NCBI GenBank assembly: GCA_036172245.1 | Contig: JAYWIR010000025.1 | Location: 124,001-188,000 of the forward strand | Origin: Raillietiella orientalis | Lineage: Eukaryota | Direction: 5' to 3' | DNA length: 64,000 bases | Shown: piece after piece, positions 1 to 13,639 of the stretch | How positions within the stretch are numbered: position 1 is the first letter of the stretch | How the letters are laid out: every line of letters starts with the position of its first letter | Notes under the pieces: model-generated | Told to the model about the DNA's origin: nothing | The model's input: the letters and a program-made list of their open reading frames with translations, nothing else | Databases searched by the model: none | Position numbers and translations under genes: made by a program

Positions 1-199
1 ACGTGGCTCCCGATGGCCTCAGAAGCAGAGGACTCGGGGCAACCGCGGACGGACCAGTAACCTCCTCCCACTCCTTTCTCCCGTTGCTCTCTTGCGGAAG
101 CCCTCGGAATTCGAGGCCGCCGCTCCGCACTGCACGGATTCCCTGCTCCTCCCCCTGAGCCATTTCCTCAGCCATTCTTTGGAGTAACTGATGCAGGAC

Positions 200-1212
200 T
201 CGACGAAGGATGGATCCTGGCCATCATACCACCTACTGCAGCGCGGTCTGCCCTCATCGCACACGAATACGGTTTCCCGCCGACGGGATCCGAGTTCCCC
301 TACGCTACTGCAGGAAAGACGAAAATCCTTGGAGCTTGGAAGATGCGCGAGTTGGCGGATGCCGCCGCTCCACGCACCATGGCGAAGGGGCTGAGTCGGT
401 GGAGCCGGCAGTGAAGTGTGCACCCCGGAGAACTCGTGGTCTGCCCTCCGTGATGGAACACCTCCGTGTTTCCTCGAAAGCGGAAGCGCGAAGTGCTGCT
501 GCTGCTTCCGCATTGGGGCGTAGCCAGAGATGGTACCTCGTTTCCGGGGAAGCTGCATCCCCGAACTTCGACTGATGTGGGTCGGTGCAGTCGACCCCAC
601 GCCCACTATCGCACTGCGGCTCCCCCCAAGAACTGTGATGATAGAAAAGCCTCACCTCGGAGCTCCGGCGATACGGGATCACCGCCCGGGACCTGCCGCG
701 GCAGTTCTTCTCGCGTGGCGGACTCCCGGCTGGAGCAGCGGTCGCGGCGGTGTTGCGTCTGCGACACCGTTGCAGCCCGCAATGTGCTGGAGTCTCGGAC
801 GCAGCAAAAAGAGGCCACCCGTATGACAGCCGCCAGCATGAGGACGGCTGCTGGGCCGCCTCACCTGCAAGAGCAAGTCAAAGAGGAGAGCGCTGGCTCT
901 CTAAGGAAGGAACCAGGAGACACCATAACACCTATCTGTCCCCACCCAACCCTTATTTATTTTATATTCTTCCCTCTCAATCGCTGAGGCTCTTTCCTGG
1001 TTTTGTTTATCAGGAAGTAGCGACGCCAAAGACCCAACCCTTCCTTTATTTATTTATTGTTCTCATCCTCCCGTTCTCTATCTTAAGGGGTTCCGATCTG
1101 CGTGTCGGCGGATCCTTTCCTTGAACCTCTGTTGTCTCGGAATGCGGTTCTCAGCCTTTTTAGTTTCCTCTTATTAAATAAATGCCCTAGCGTGACCAAA
1201 TAGGAAATTCCC
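200..1212 (+). mobile_element. Decayed 3' end of a non-LTR retrotransposon (family copy 1)
   Basis: Shares blocks with 3560-4465 (e.g. atgacagccgcc...acggctgct...gcctcacctgca) and with 34780-35410 (ctgcgtgtcggYggatcc; terminal aataaaYgccc..gtgacca). Confidence 0.6.
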
Positions 1213-1214
1213 CT

Positions 1215-3300
1215 CCCTTCGCTCGCCCTCCCGCCCAGTTGTGTCTTCATTGAAGTTGGAGCTTCTAGGTTTCATGCCGAGGGATGGCTGGACACTCCCC
1301 ACTATGGACTTCATTGGTTCTGAGTAAGCGGCCGGACACATCCAAGTTGATCTTTCCAGAACTTTGCTGGCCGCGAATGCCGGAAACACACAAGTCGGTT
1401 ACGAACGCAGATGGTGATGAGCACGGACAGCTAAGATACCGACGTCTCCAAGTGGCCATGCTTGAAATTCATTTGTGGAATCACGAGGTCTCGTTTCAAA
1501 GGAAGTGTCGATGGCAACGTGAGCCTCACTATGGCTCCAGACAAAGGGTCATTCGGAGACCTTCCTGCACTCAGGGATCGCACTGCCCAACGTGTTTCTC
1601 CAGAGTGCATTTTTGTTTGGTTCCCGAAGACCAGACCGTGTTCACAGGGGAAGTTTCTGCAGCCGAGCCTTCACACCATTACCCGAAAACCACCACTTCG
1701 TTCTTCGAGCGCTTCAACTAACCTGAGAGCAAAAGGCAGCCTCCTTTCCCCAGGAAGCTTTGCCCATACAAGTTCGCATGTTCGGCGCCCTTCGTGCGCC
1801 GTGTGGAGAGAAATGCAGCGGTTCCGGATCGAAAAACCGGAAAGGCGATTTCTTTGGTCATCTGACCCATCTTCCAAGAACCCCCCTGCATCTTCGAGGC
1901 TGTCTTCGGTCTCAAAGAGGACATGCTTTCTTGAAAGTCTCAGGAGGAAGTATCGAAGAAACGGCTTTTCCAAACTTCCCGCTGGAAACCCTCCTGCATG
2001 CTGACAACCAACGTCATTCCAAAAATCAACTGTCTGTCCAAAAGGTCGTGTGTCTTCCAGATGTGTTCCTGTCAGAGGTTTCCATTTGCTGACGCAAGTT
2101 AGAAGGGATTCCTCTGACGGCTTCTTTGCTGACCTGTTGTGAAATTTTTGCGCAGTTGCAAAGGGAGGCACCTGGGAATCATCCGTAAGTGACACAAAGT
2201 TGCAGAACGCCGGACAGGATCTTAGTAACAGACTGCTCGTTGCAAGGCGATGTCGGAAAAGTCTTCAGTGCATTTCGGAGCGTCTGCCTTCCTCAGAAAT
2301 AAGCCCCTTATCTCGAACCACTTTCTGGAAACTCTTCCTTCCTCTGAACCGTCAAATGATCAATATTTGAAAAAAAGGCAATACATCTGAGGCCAGCTGC
2401 TTGATCCCTTTCGATCAAAGAAGTTCCGTCTCTTCCCACGCTGAAAAACTTCGATTCGAGCTCGCATCTCGAACCTCGTCGTTGCGCATGAGCAAAGCAG
2501 TGCACATTTTCGGCGTGTTTGCAGAATAGTGACCTGGAAGATTTGCAGTTTCGTCTTGAACTGGGTTTTGGTTTGACTGTTCCTCAGAGGGGAGCAGCTC
2601 TGCGACCGCCGATTCAAGTAGATCCCGCCCTGTGTGCTGACCATCGACGATGTGCCGCCAAACCGCACAGCGCTCACCCCGCTTGGATGCTCTCGGAGGT
2701 GGGTTTTCGAGCCGGCAGTTGGCAGCTCCACCAGGCGGCGTCTTGCAGCCTCGTTCTCCAAGCCTGCTCATTCCCCGGGAGACGTCCTCTCCGTAGTCGC
2801 ATCCTCCTCGCATGTCACCTTTCTCATGCCTCTTCTCGCAGCAGCTGCAGGACGAGGCTGGGCACACCCCTTCTCCGGTGCATGGGAAACCATCGAAGAA
2901 ACCACTCTGCGGTGGTGCAGGGCGCTCTGACCGAACACTCGAATCTCCACCCCGAGAGACTTGGACCGCTCCCAGTCCGATTTCAGGGAAAACGGAAGAA
3001 GAATTTCCTGTTGGATGGGCACCTCTGAAAGGAAAGAAGAAACGCCGTGGTGGGAGAAGCAGCAGCCTCGGCGCTCCTGAGAAAACGAGGTGAGACTCTC
3101 GCGACTGTTGGCCGCGCGGATGCCGGAGAAACTGAGCGGCACGGAAAGGGAGCAAACATTTAGGACATTCGAGCGGAGAGGAGTGGCTTTGCGCAAGAGG
3201 GGAAAAAAGAGTGATGGGAAGCAACGTCCGAGAAGAAAACGCGGAAGAACGGAAACGTTCGTTGGTCTCTTCTTTTTTTTTCCTAATCTGGTTTTCGGGA
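1215..3300 (-). mobile_element. Possible 5' portion (5'UTR/ORF1-like) of a decayed LINE
   Basis: GC-rich block with long broken ORFs; weak zinc-knuckle-like remnant (GTKQKCTLEKHVGQC) near 1600; cut off by the copy-1 tail. Weak evidence. Confidence 0.25.
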
Positions 3301-3559
3301 GCAGCACTCGCTTCGCCCGAATGAAGTATTAAATATTCACGGCATGAAGATCAAGTCCTGAGGAGCCATCAGCGCCTTGGGATTCAAAGTGCCAGGATGA
3401 GGAAGCAACGGTCGTGGAAACGAAAGAGGATCACTGAACGACCTGTCGAATAAAACGAATTTTCAGCTCAGATTGGGCTGTTGGCACGCCTTCGGGACTC
3501 TCTTGGTGACATGCAGGAAGCAAATGCGTCCCTCCGCAGCATATTCCTTCCTTCACATA

Positions 3560-4465
3560 AAAGATGAAAGTACCATAATCATCCACCAGGCGGAGCGGCA
3601 AATGATCGTTCGGCAAATTATGTGGCTGATCATTAAAATAAAATACGGCGAAGAGGCAGCTGATGGCTTTGGTTCCAGCATCCCCGGGGCTGCAAGACGA
3701 CCCAACTGGAGAACACCTCCACTCCGAAGCGGAGTGGTCTGCTCAGTGTGCCCCCCTAAAAACTCGAGGTCCCTCCCCTGTGAACGGATACCTCCGTGTT
3801 TCCGCTGCGGTGGATACGGAATGTTTTGCTGTTCCTGTGCTGGGGACTTCGGAGCAACCACCAACGCAGACACCCGGTTTTCGGAGGAGGAGCCTCCTTA
3901 TTTGTTCCAGGCATGGGGCGATGGGATCGTTCCCGCACTTCCTGTTGGACTGCAGCGCCCTCGCGGGCATTTGGCGGCGACTGGCTTCGGCTCTCCCTCA
4001 CCCAGAGGGCACCACCAAGGACTTGCTGCTGCACCTCTTCCTTCAAGGCGGGCTGACGGCTGGCGCCATGATTGGAACGAGATGCTGCGCAATCCGCACC
4101 ATCGTTGCAGCCCTCTCCGTGTGATGGAGTCCCGCTCGCAGCGAAGGGAGGTCATCTGCATGACAGCCGCCTCGCTGAAAACGGCTGCTTGGCGGCCTCA
4201 CCTGCAGGAAGAAGTCATCAGGGATATCACCTCCATACAGAGCTGCCTTTAGGAACGAAGAAAATGTACGGCACCAAAGACTCCTGTTCCTATTCTCACG
4301 TCCCTTTTTTATTTACTTATCGTCTCTTCCCTGCCTCTCCTGACTACCTTACAAGCCAATCTGTTAGCTGGTGGTCATCCCCAGTAAACTTCTGTTTTTG
4401 TGTATATGTGAGTAACTTGTGATTTGTTTATTTTTGGATAAATGGAGTGACCAGGTACAGAAACT
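3560..4465 (+). mobile_element. Decayed 3' end of a non-LTR retrotransposon (family copy 2)
   Basis: CSRHGAMGSFPHFLLDCSALAGIWRRL resembles the C-terminal CCHC (zf-RVT) motif of L1/Tx1 ORF2; ends ataaatggagtgaccagg like the other copies. Confidence 0.6.
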
Positions 4466-4899
4466 CTGATAGCGGCTAAGTGACCCCTCAACTCTTTTTG
4501 ACCAACGAATAATGGGTGGGATGACTTCTGTTGTGAGAAACACGCTGCTTCGGAACTGGCACGAAATGCGGTAGGATGATTTTGCATCATCAGGTGGGAT
4601 TTGGTTACGTTGGGTCTCATTGTTTACGGATGACGTTGATAGCTCACCGTACTCATGTGTACGGTGAAGTGTACATACCACCACCCATAGTGTACACACT
4701 GCACGTATGTGCCTGTAGATCAGTCGTTAACGCTTACATACTGAGTCACACAGTAAACACACTGAATGAAATCAAGTATGCATCATGTGAGAACATTCTG
4801 AACTCATGACTGCACTGTACTGACTGTTTGCATTTCTGATGCAACAGGTGACTATTTTTTAGAGAATTTTTCTTGACCTCGTTACGAAGTTTTCCAAAT

Positions 4900-7800
4900 G
4901 ATGTCATCTAGGAAACCTCAGAGCAAAGGAGCTGTTCCCGTACACGCAGTGATTCACAGATGAGCCTTCTGGTGCTCGTCTGAGTCGAGCAGCTTACCTA
5001 TTGGAATTGAAGAAAGACGTAGATTAGCTTGTGCGACGAAGCCTGAGGCAAGTCTCACTTAGACCTCTACACGTGAGAGTGGAAACTGGAGAGCAGGGGC
5101 TAATAAACAACCAGCCAGACTGAGGTTGGAGTAGCCCTGTTTTTTGCTACCCACAGGCCTACATGAGGGTGTTCCTCAGAGCTTTCTTTACAAAGAGGAG
5201 TTGGCAGGATTGCACCTTCGGTGTGCAACACGAAGGGCAGGTCGTCGGCGAGACACGCCAAGCTCCGTCTGAGAATGCAGCACGTATGACGAACTCTTTC
5301 CCTTACAAGTTCTCACGTGCACTCACCAACGCCTTTGCGTTTTGGCTTGCTCAGGCGTGCCGCTTCCATCCTGCCTCTTCAAACAGAAATGCGTTGCTAA
5401 TGGTTCCTGCATCTCCTTCACAATGTCCTGGAATCCCCATTCTCAGAAACACTCAGCTGGCATTTGGATTCTTTCCTTTAAAGATAACGCCTGGGAAAAA
5501 AACCGAGCTGGAAAAAGACCGCATCACAAGAAACGATTTCGATTTCCCTTTGAGCTTGGAAGTTTTCTCTGAATGTGGACCCTCACGAGCTGATTACAGC
5601 CGAGGGTTCCTTGTTTTTGCTGTCACTTTTTTGAAACCTTATGGTGCCGAAACCTCACTTGTTGAATTCCTTGAACCACCCTCTCCAGAAAACTCTCCTC
5701 AGAAAAAGGAAATTATTCCCACATTTCCATGTTAATAACGGTTGAATCTTCTCCCAATATCTATTTGGAAACTATACATTATGAATTCCTTGGCGTGAAT
5801 CCAAGTGAAGCGAAGCCGAAGAGTTTGAATGGAATGTTTTTGCTTGAAGATTCGATAAATTTTCATCCCTTAAGAAGGGATGGCATGTCTGAGCAGTCTT
5901 CTACATGTATCAATTTTTTCTTTTTTTTTGGCTTTTTGAGCTGCTGAGGTGATATCACGCAGTTTCGTACCGGTCAAATTTTGATTCTCTTGAAGCAAAA
6001 CTATCTCTGAGCGTAATGAATTGGGGGTTCTCGTTTCGGATGCTACGAGATATTCGCGGCCTCTTTCCGCATCTCTCTTCGAACCAGGAGCAAGAATCGA
6101 CCACCTCAACGCTCCTTGGTAGCTAAGGAAAGTTTCAGGGAACCTGCGAAAATTTTAGGATTTTGCTGACCATTTTGCTGACCTTCTAAATGGAGGTTTG
6201 TACTTTCCCGATAGACATGCTCTCCTGACGCTTGTAATGTAACTCTAACCCAACGAAACGAAAGAGTTGTTTTCCTTGCGCCCAGATTTTATTTTCCCTC
6301 AGAAAGCAGTCATGCTGAAGCCCTTCTTTCCTATCCACACGTTTGCTTATTCAAGAACCGCACTTGCTGAAAAGACCCAGCTTGTCAAACGGTGACTTGT
6401 AGGATGACCTCCTTTTGAGACTTGATTTCCATCATCGACAGTTCTCAAAGTCTTTGTGAGAACAGGTCTTGATAAGGTTAGCAGGTCTGAGCAGGCAGAC
6501 ATGTCTCGTTGACCGTTGATTTCTGATACGTGGGATTTCTGATTTCTGATTTTGACACGAAAGCGTAGCCACAAACTGCAACTTTAGCTGCTGTATAGCA
6601 TTGGCAGCATCCTTCGCATCACTGAGATTCTTTACTGTGGAATCCATCACCAATTCCTTCAGTATTTGGAGAGACTTGGATAACTTCTAGACAGACGCAC
6701 AGATGAGCACAATGGACCATGAGTCGTTCTGAGACCACTAGAAAAAACACAACCTAAGGCGAATACATCATCCCAGGGTCAAAACCTTGGGAGAAGTGCG
6801 CATTGAGCGCAATCGTGAGAACTCACCTGGAAACTGAAATGTACGTTTCGGTCATTGTGTGATCGAGCATTGGAATTTTGCGATTTTCATACGCATAATC
6901 CTCGTGGACAAAAATGACAATCTTGGCGACTCGCAAACGCTGGAAACCTATCTTGAATGCATGTGTAATCTGCCACCGAAACACTCCTAAGAGATGACAT
7001 CATCAAGCAAAGGACTATCCTTTTAAACCAGAAAAAAGAAAAAGAAAACAGCGGGGGAGTTGATGCTGGCACGTAACGTTCCCCGGTAGATGCTCTGCAG
7101 AGGCAACCAGCGTCATAAATTGGAAATTTTCAGTCCACTCAGAAAAGTCCCAGATAGTTATAAAGGAACGCTTAAGGACTTTGACTTTGAAGTCCTTGAG
7201 CATTAACGTTTAACGTCTTTTGTATAAGTTACCAGCATGCAAAGCATGTTGGACTTGGAGCGTATTCCAAAGCTCTTGGGGGAGAGCCTTCCTCCAGAAC
7301 AAATTAACGAACGCAGCGATTGCACTGGTTAGGTTTTCATGCATGACAAGCACCACATGTGTAACCACACAGCCAGGAGTTCGCTCCAGCTTCCCGAAAA
7401 AGCGAAACATCCCAAAGCATTGCTGGAAAATTCCAACTCAGCTCAAAAGAAATCAACATGCACGGTAGCAACGCCGGAGACAAGGAGTCACGCGTGGGGT
7501 GACCGAGATAGGGTCAACAAATGAGGATTTCTACTTACCAAGTAATACGATTAAAGATTCCTGCTTCCACCGTTTGGTTTGAACCAACGTACGTGAGTGA
7601 GATACATCTTAATAGAAGTGGATGGAAGGCAGAGAGTTGTGATGGGATGAAGGAATGAGGAAGGCTGCCAAAGATGGCAAAAAAAGAGCACCAATGCGTT
7701 TTTCTTTCTTGAGAAAGATCTGTCTACCCTCTTCTTCTTCTAACCTTCATGGCACTCAGTAATCAGTGATTTCATTCACCAATTCGTATGCGGTGGTCAC

Positions 7801-8300
7801 ACAACTCGCTTACTTGCTTTGAATTCCAATAGAAGAAACGCTCTCCATTCCAAAGTTTCTTCCGATTTTTTTTAATCTAAGACAACACTTAGAAGAGAAT
7901 AAGGTTCACTCAAATGTTTCTGTGGGAACCTTTTTTTTTTTCTTGCTGTTTTCAGCCTGCTTCCGAAGATAATCGAAGACTGGATCTCATGAGAGCATGA
8001 CGATGTCGGGAATGGTTGGATACGCCACCCAAAGAGTCGGAAATGGATTCTGGAGATAACATGCACCATTTAAATGAAATTTCCGAATGCAGAAATTTTG
8101 TCAAAAATGATGAAAGATAAGGCAATGAGTTTCACAGCACTCTCGCCATGAAAACACTTCCTTTAAGAATCATCAAAACGTTTTGTCCTTTTCATGGGTT
8201 GAGTTATTATTGCAAGTGGATGGAAAGCTGTTAGCTTTTGGTACCTTGTCAGACTCAAAGTTGCATCAACTTCCAGACGAAAATCATCCCAAGTGGGAAC
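4900..8300 (-). mobile_element. Heavily decayed LINE ORF2 remnant
   Basis: Minus-strand remnants in the expected order: APE-like WRIQPFP...SRLK (about 8000), EYLVAS (YLG-like, about 6050), CPSCCTPK..LLF (zf-RVT-like, about 5200). Confidence 0.4.
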
Positions 8301-8449
8301 CGAATGAGACACTAATCATAAAAACACAGGAGATGAAAGGTTTCCTTCCTCCGCTGCTAGGTTACTGTTTACTCACATGATGCAGGCGAATTAAAAAGAG
8401 AAGGCCAGGAAATCTTCTCAACTCGAACTTTTTCATGAAGCGATTTTTG

Positions 8450-11230
8450 TAGGGCCGAAAAAAATTCTTTTGGATCAGCAAAATGCTTCCTTGCGTAAAG
8501 AATCACCCTTCCATCATTGGAGAATCATCCTCATCATTAGGCATAATGAATTTTCAATTTTCAGTGACTAAGAAATGTTCTAACATTATCCTGTTATAGA
8601 TGTTTTCTTCTGGATACTGCTGGATGAAGATCAGCTCACTATTCATCTGAGGTCTTCATCAGCAGTGTTTCGGAAAGACGAAAAAAAAAGTGAAGGAAAG
8701 AAAGCAGGTGCTAGTAGTGACGATTCCTTCCGGATACAAAAATTTCATGGGAAATGATGCTGCACTTTTCTCAGAGAGGGAAAAGAATGTTCACATCGCT
8801 CGTTTCCGATAGCGAGAACTTTCCATAAGTTCCAACTCTTTCACATGGAAGATACTTCTCCATTGGAAAGGTCAAATGTAACAGAACCGCTTTTCCGTTT
8901 CCCTCGTCATGGTAAATTCGGAGGCCGCTTGAGGAATACAGCCCTAGGGAGATTTTGGTGTTCTCTTCCTTGCATTGCATTAATCCTGATCCCCTCATTT
9001 ATTCTTGTGCAGGTAAGCATGACCATTAAACTGCACTGATTCCCTATAGCACACACGTTTGACCTCCGTGGAGGGTCGGTTGACGTTCGCTAGTATCGAG
9101 GCACAAAAATTCATGAATGGAAAAACATCACTGAAAATTTCAACCCTCATTTGGCGATTCGAAAACTACACAGTGATGCAGAAAAGATCTTCAGATCCAT
9201 GCAATCTCAGGTAACTTATGGTCAGACGTTTCACAACCTTGGCCAACCGAGCTGGAAAGTCTCTTTTCAGGAAGGTCATCCGAGTTTTTCAATCAGATGA
9301 TTTGATTTCTGATCGGTACACAATCTTCACCATGATACAGGAATGCGTGAATGCCCGAGTACAGAGTTGCATCGTGCTCAGCCAGTCTCGCGTGGCGTAC
9401 CAACTTCATGCACACGTGGTGAAGAAGCCGGAACTCGCCCTTTCAGAAGTGGCCACTCAGCTCCCATTCGCGCATGCAGGTGACCTCCAGGAACACGAAA
9501 CGCCGGCTGTTTGCTTACTTCCAAAAAGCACGTCATCTGTTAGGACAAGGAGTTTTTCGAAGTGAGCAAATAGTTGCCTCACCTGATGAAATGTGACCCG
9601 TGGAACATCAGCCACAATCAATCATCAGTTTCTCAGATAGAAGGGGAAAGTTCATATTCCTGCTGCTATAAATAAATCGATTCTATACTTGATGCCAAAT
9701 TCCACCACAGCTGCTGAAGACATTCAGTACCAGCTTTTGCTCATCGTATGTGTGAAGCTGCAAATCGGTGAAGGCTGCCGGATATCTCCGTAACGTATGG
9801 TTCGCACTACATCTTCTACTTATCATTCCGCGAGCATCCAAAGTCATTATCGGAAGACTGCGTTGCTGGAGACGCGCAAAACCACGAACCTTTATTGATT
9901 CAGGTGCCAATGAAATATGGGTTATCGTGGCAGGATTTTATGTTCGGAGTTATCTCGAATTATGCCAAGCTTTGAACTGGACTCGGTTAATGAGAGAAAT
10001 ACGTTACCGACTGTTGCATCAAGAGTGTGCGATTAATCATCAGGAATCCTTCTACTCTCTGCTTGCTCTTATTAGAACACCTGGCACGCGAAACAGTCAA
10101 GATCGCAAGCCAATGCTCCTCTGAGCAGCAGAGCGCCACAGGCACGCGCATTCATTGATGCAAGTGGAAGGGAGAAATCTTCTTCGCTTTTCATCAGCAG
10201 AGTACAGATAGGAAACGCGTACTCAAGCCTCGTACTCCAAACGCATATCGTGGATAATCGGATCGCCATTTTAAGAAAAAGTGCAGTCCTAATGACGCAG
10301 GGAGAAATTAAAAAGCGAATCTCTTCTTTCTGGTGAACGATACTTGGGCTGTACGAGAGCCGCTGCTTCGGGGCGCTCTCTGTTTGCTTACCACCTTTGG
10401 ACCAACGCTGCACCGGAACCTCACCTTTTAAATCCTGACTTCATCGTGACCCAGCTAGCGATCTCCCAGAAAAAGCCACACAACTACCATTACGACAGTT
10501 GCTGTTCCTTTTGAAATAACAGGCTTTGGGATGGAGGCTCAAGCTGTGCACCGAGGTGTGCAGCTTCGTGTTCGGTTTGATCACGGAATCGGAGTTGCTA
10601 GCTAAGAGCATGAAGCAGCTGCGAAGTCAAGGAATGCTCATCAGAAGTCATGACCTAACCCTAGCGGATCGATAAAAGGACTGTTGCTAATCCTCATAAG
10701 CAGTGGAGATGGAGTAACGGCTGCTGCAAACGAGTCAAGCATTAGGCCAAGACTTTCACAAGATCAACCGCTCTCGCAAGAAACCAAATGACAGAGACTC
10801 GGCCAATCATAAATCTCTGAAGTTTTCTTTTCCTTTTTGATTTGCGCGTTCAATCGAGGGAAAGATGGAATGATTTTGTACCGCGGTGGGCTCCATGAGC
10901 GATCATAGGAAGGACTCTCGATGGCGCGGTTCTTATAGAAACTAAAAGACTCGACGACCGATCACAATCATCAGGAAAACACACACACACACATAGCAAT
11001 CATGCTGCGAAGAGGGTGATGATAGATAGCATTCTGTGATCCTGCTTCGGCCAGAAAAACACACCGAAAGGCGGAAACCATGAACTCTCAGGGATTAAGA
11101 AAGCAGTCTACAAACCACGTATCCCTTATTGCCTCTGCCACGTATATGCTTTCCAACTGATACATTTTCCTACAACTCCAGCCACAATATTAGTTTTTTG
11201 CTTCACTTAACATCGTTCCATTTCCTTGAG
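8450..11230 (+). mobile_element. Heavily decayed LINE ORF2 remnant (RT + zf-RVT)
   Basis: RFTTLANR..LFRKVI..FQ..ISD resembles RT KILANRL..Q.GF..I.DN (about 9220); AAEDI (YADD-like, about 9710); SGANEIW (SGAKINW-like, about 9900); PRCAASCSV..C (about 10550). Confidence 0.5.
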
Positions 11231-11559
11231 CCACTCTGCTAATAGAAAGGACTATTCAAAATTGGCTTTGACGGTACACGTTTCCGAATGGAGAGGGACT
11301 GATCCCTATGCACGGAGTGTCTCTGCATTGATTTGCCTAGCAGGCCCCATTCACAGACCCAGACACGATCAACTTTTAGGTGTTTTCCTTCTTTCGCATG
11401 AACGCCAACGTCCGTCTCCTTATGATACATTACAAGAGCGCGAATCCTATTGATGGTCCCCTCGAGGAGAACTCAGGATCAAAGAAAATTAGTGTTCCTT
11501 CATAATCTGGCGAGGAATCACTCTGAAATCCAGAGTGCGTTGATCACTACTGAAAATCC

Positions 11560-12280
11560 ATTTTCCTTGCCTTAGGTTCTGAACTTTTGCAGTGTTCCAG
11601 AGGGAGTGATTGGTGAACGTTTCTGATTTTCCGATGTCTTTGAAAATTATCGATGCTCCTCAGAAGGAAAAGAAGGTGTTGGGCCTCCATGTTTACGATG
11701 TTTTTACAGATGGTGGCTCTCATCACGTTACGAACACCTTTGGTGTTCGTAACGTGAGCTGGACTGATCTGTTTGTCAAAGAGCTTCCGTTCTGGGTGAT
11801 TCGCTGTGTTGATTCTGTGGCAGGAATATCATTGTGCATCACTTCCAAATGCTCAAAAAGCGAACAGATTGGTCCGCGCCAACCGCCTCTCGGTCTATGC
11901 CGTTCATCTCACGAATAGGAAGTCGCTTTCCACGTGAATTCGGACCCCCAAAATGGTACAAAGGTGCACGTGCAGCTATTCCGCAAAACATCCTCTCGCG
12001 CGATCAACCATTCCATCCCAGATCCAAACGATCACGAGAAACGGTCATTAATGCTATCGTGGAATGGATTTATTTGCAAGAGTCCAGCATGCATCGATTT
12101 GACTCACCCTACCCAATATGTTTCCATGTTGAACTACATCGCACTTCTTAAAGTGTTATGCAAATGCAAACGTCTTCAACGTCTTGCCTCCTCCACGTGG
12201 CCACCACGTCATTCATCATTAGACCGGCATAACGATAGATGTTTGAAACGCGGAAAGCCCTTGGATACAAATCGTTATTA
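11560..12280 (+). mobile_element. LINE endonuclease (APE)-like remnant
   Basis: IGSRF (GGDF-like), HPRSKRS..VEWIYL and P..ELH occur in APE motif order; weak. Confidence 0.3.
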
Positions 12281-12337
12281 AAAAAAAAAAAAGTGTGCTA
12301 AATTTTCTCTTAAATCTTCTGTCTAGGAAATCACCTC

Positions 12338-12817
12338 CATCTTCATCCTGAGAAATCGTCTCAGCACTTGCTGGCGTATTTTGGGTGGCTGGATCCAGAG
12401 ATCTCTCCAAATCTATTGACCAAAATACGTTTTTTCATAATGGGTGTCACTCTGATAAATCGGGAACAGATAGCAAAAAAATAGCACTCCTCCGGGATTT
12501 TTTTTGTTCAATCAAGCCCAATAAATTGCTTCCAATTAATAAGAAAGGCGCGTGAAGGTAAATACGCTTTCAGAGTCGACGTATGATGTCTCGTGCAAGA
12601 AGCAGGATAACTGTTCCTACCATCTCAATCCAGATAAGCCATCCATTGAGCTAGATTAAAAAAGAAAATGCTGAAGGCGAGCTATTTTTCGTTATCCTTT
12701 TCCGATTTATCAGAGTAACACACATTATGAAAGCCGTACTTTGATCAGTAAATTTGAAGAGATCGATAGCCACCCAAAGTATGTGAGCAAGTGCTGAGAC
12801 GATTTTTTAAGAAGATG
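12338..12817. mobile_element. Foldback/MITE-like element with about 140-150 bp inverted arms
   Basis: 12338-12488 (aaatcgtctcagcacttgc...tgggtggct...ctctgataaatcgg..aaaaatagc) is the reverse complement of 12680-12817, with scattered mismatches. Confidence 0.8.
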
Positions 12818-13639
12818 CACGTACAACGGTTCGCTTAATGTGCACTAAATAGCCACCATGGACACGAATGCAGAAATCATGAAGGCTCCTTAAAATGAAA
12901 AGAGGGTGTTGGATCTTCTCATTTATAACATCTTTATAGACGTTATCTGTCGTGTCACAAAATATTCTTATTAAGTACAGCTAAATTCGGTAAGGAGGCT
13001 AAATTTACTGTTCTGACTCAAATCTGTTGCTGTTCCAGTCTTCATATTTCTCATTCTTTGAGCCACTGGTCAAGAAACCAAGGGGTTCTTGCTAGGATAA
13101 TCAAAAACAGCCCTTCTGTTAACGGAGCCAGCTCGTCATGTCTTCGGAATTATCGTCCGTTGCAAAGACGACGCTTATGGGTATGCGTAGCCAGCAGCTT
13201 CAAGAGAACGAATAAAACTTGCTCATGATGACTGGGTAGTGCTCTCGTGAGTGAACGACGATCTAGGTCAATCGAATCCTTCAAGGCCATCAAAGCTCCT
13301 TGCGCTCTTGGTGGGTCACTAAGAGCGCAAAAAAACAATGCCTTCCTCTCCAGATAGAAAAAAAAAAAGTGAGGGGGGGTTCAAGCAGCAAGGAGCATCT
13401 TGTCGTTCCACAAAGGACAACACGTGAGTCCCTCGCGCGTAGGAACTGTTCCAGATGGCAGCTGTTGGACGGCACATTGAAAAACTTTGCCAAATGGACT
13501 TGTCTGATCGTTGTTCAATGAATCTTGTAAAATGAGGTCTCTCGAACTTTTCAGTATCAGCAAATTTCTCTTAGTGCCAGTCCCCTTTTGCATGCAAGAT
13601 TAATCAGCGCGTAATACGAGTAACTCACCAAGGTCAAAA

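Noticed and set aside
19..4252. Many overlapping 150-270 aa ORFs as novel protein genes
   Set aside because: They overlap in all frames in GC-rich sequence, have no coherent domain, and the DNA recurs elsewhere in the window as decayed retrotransposon ends.
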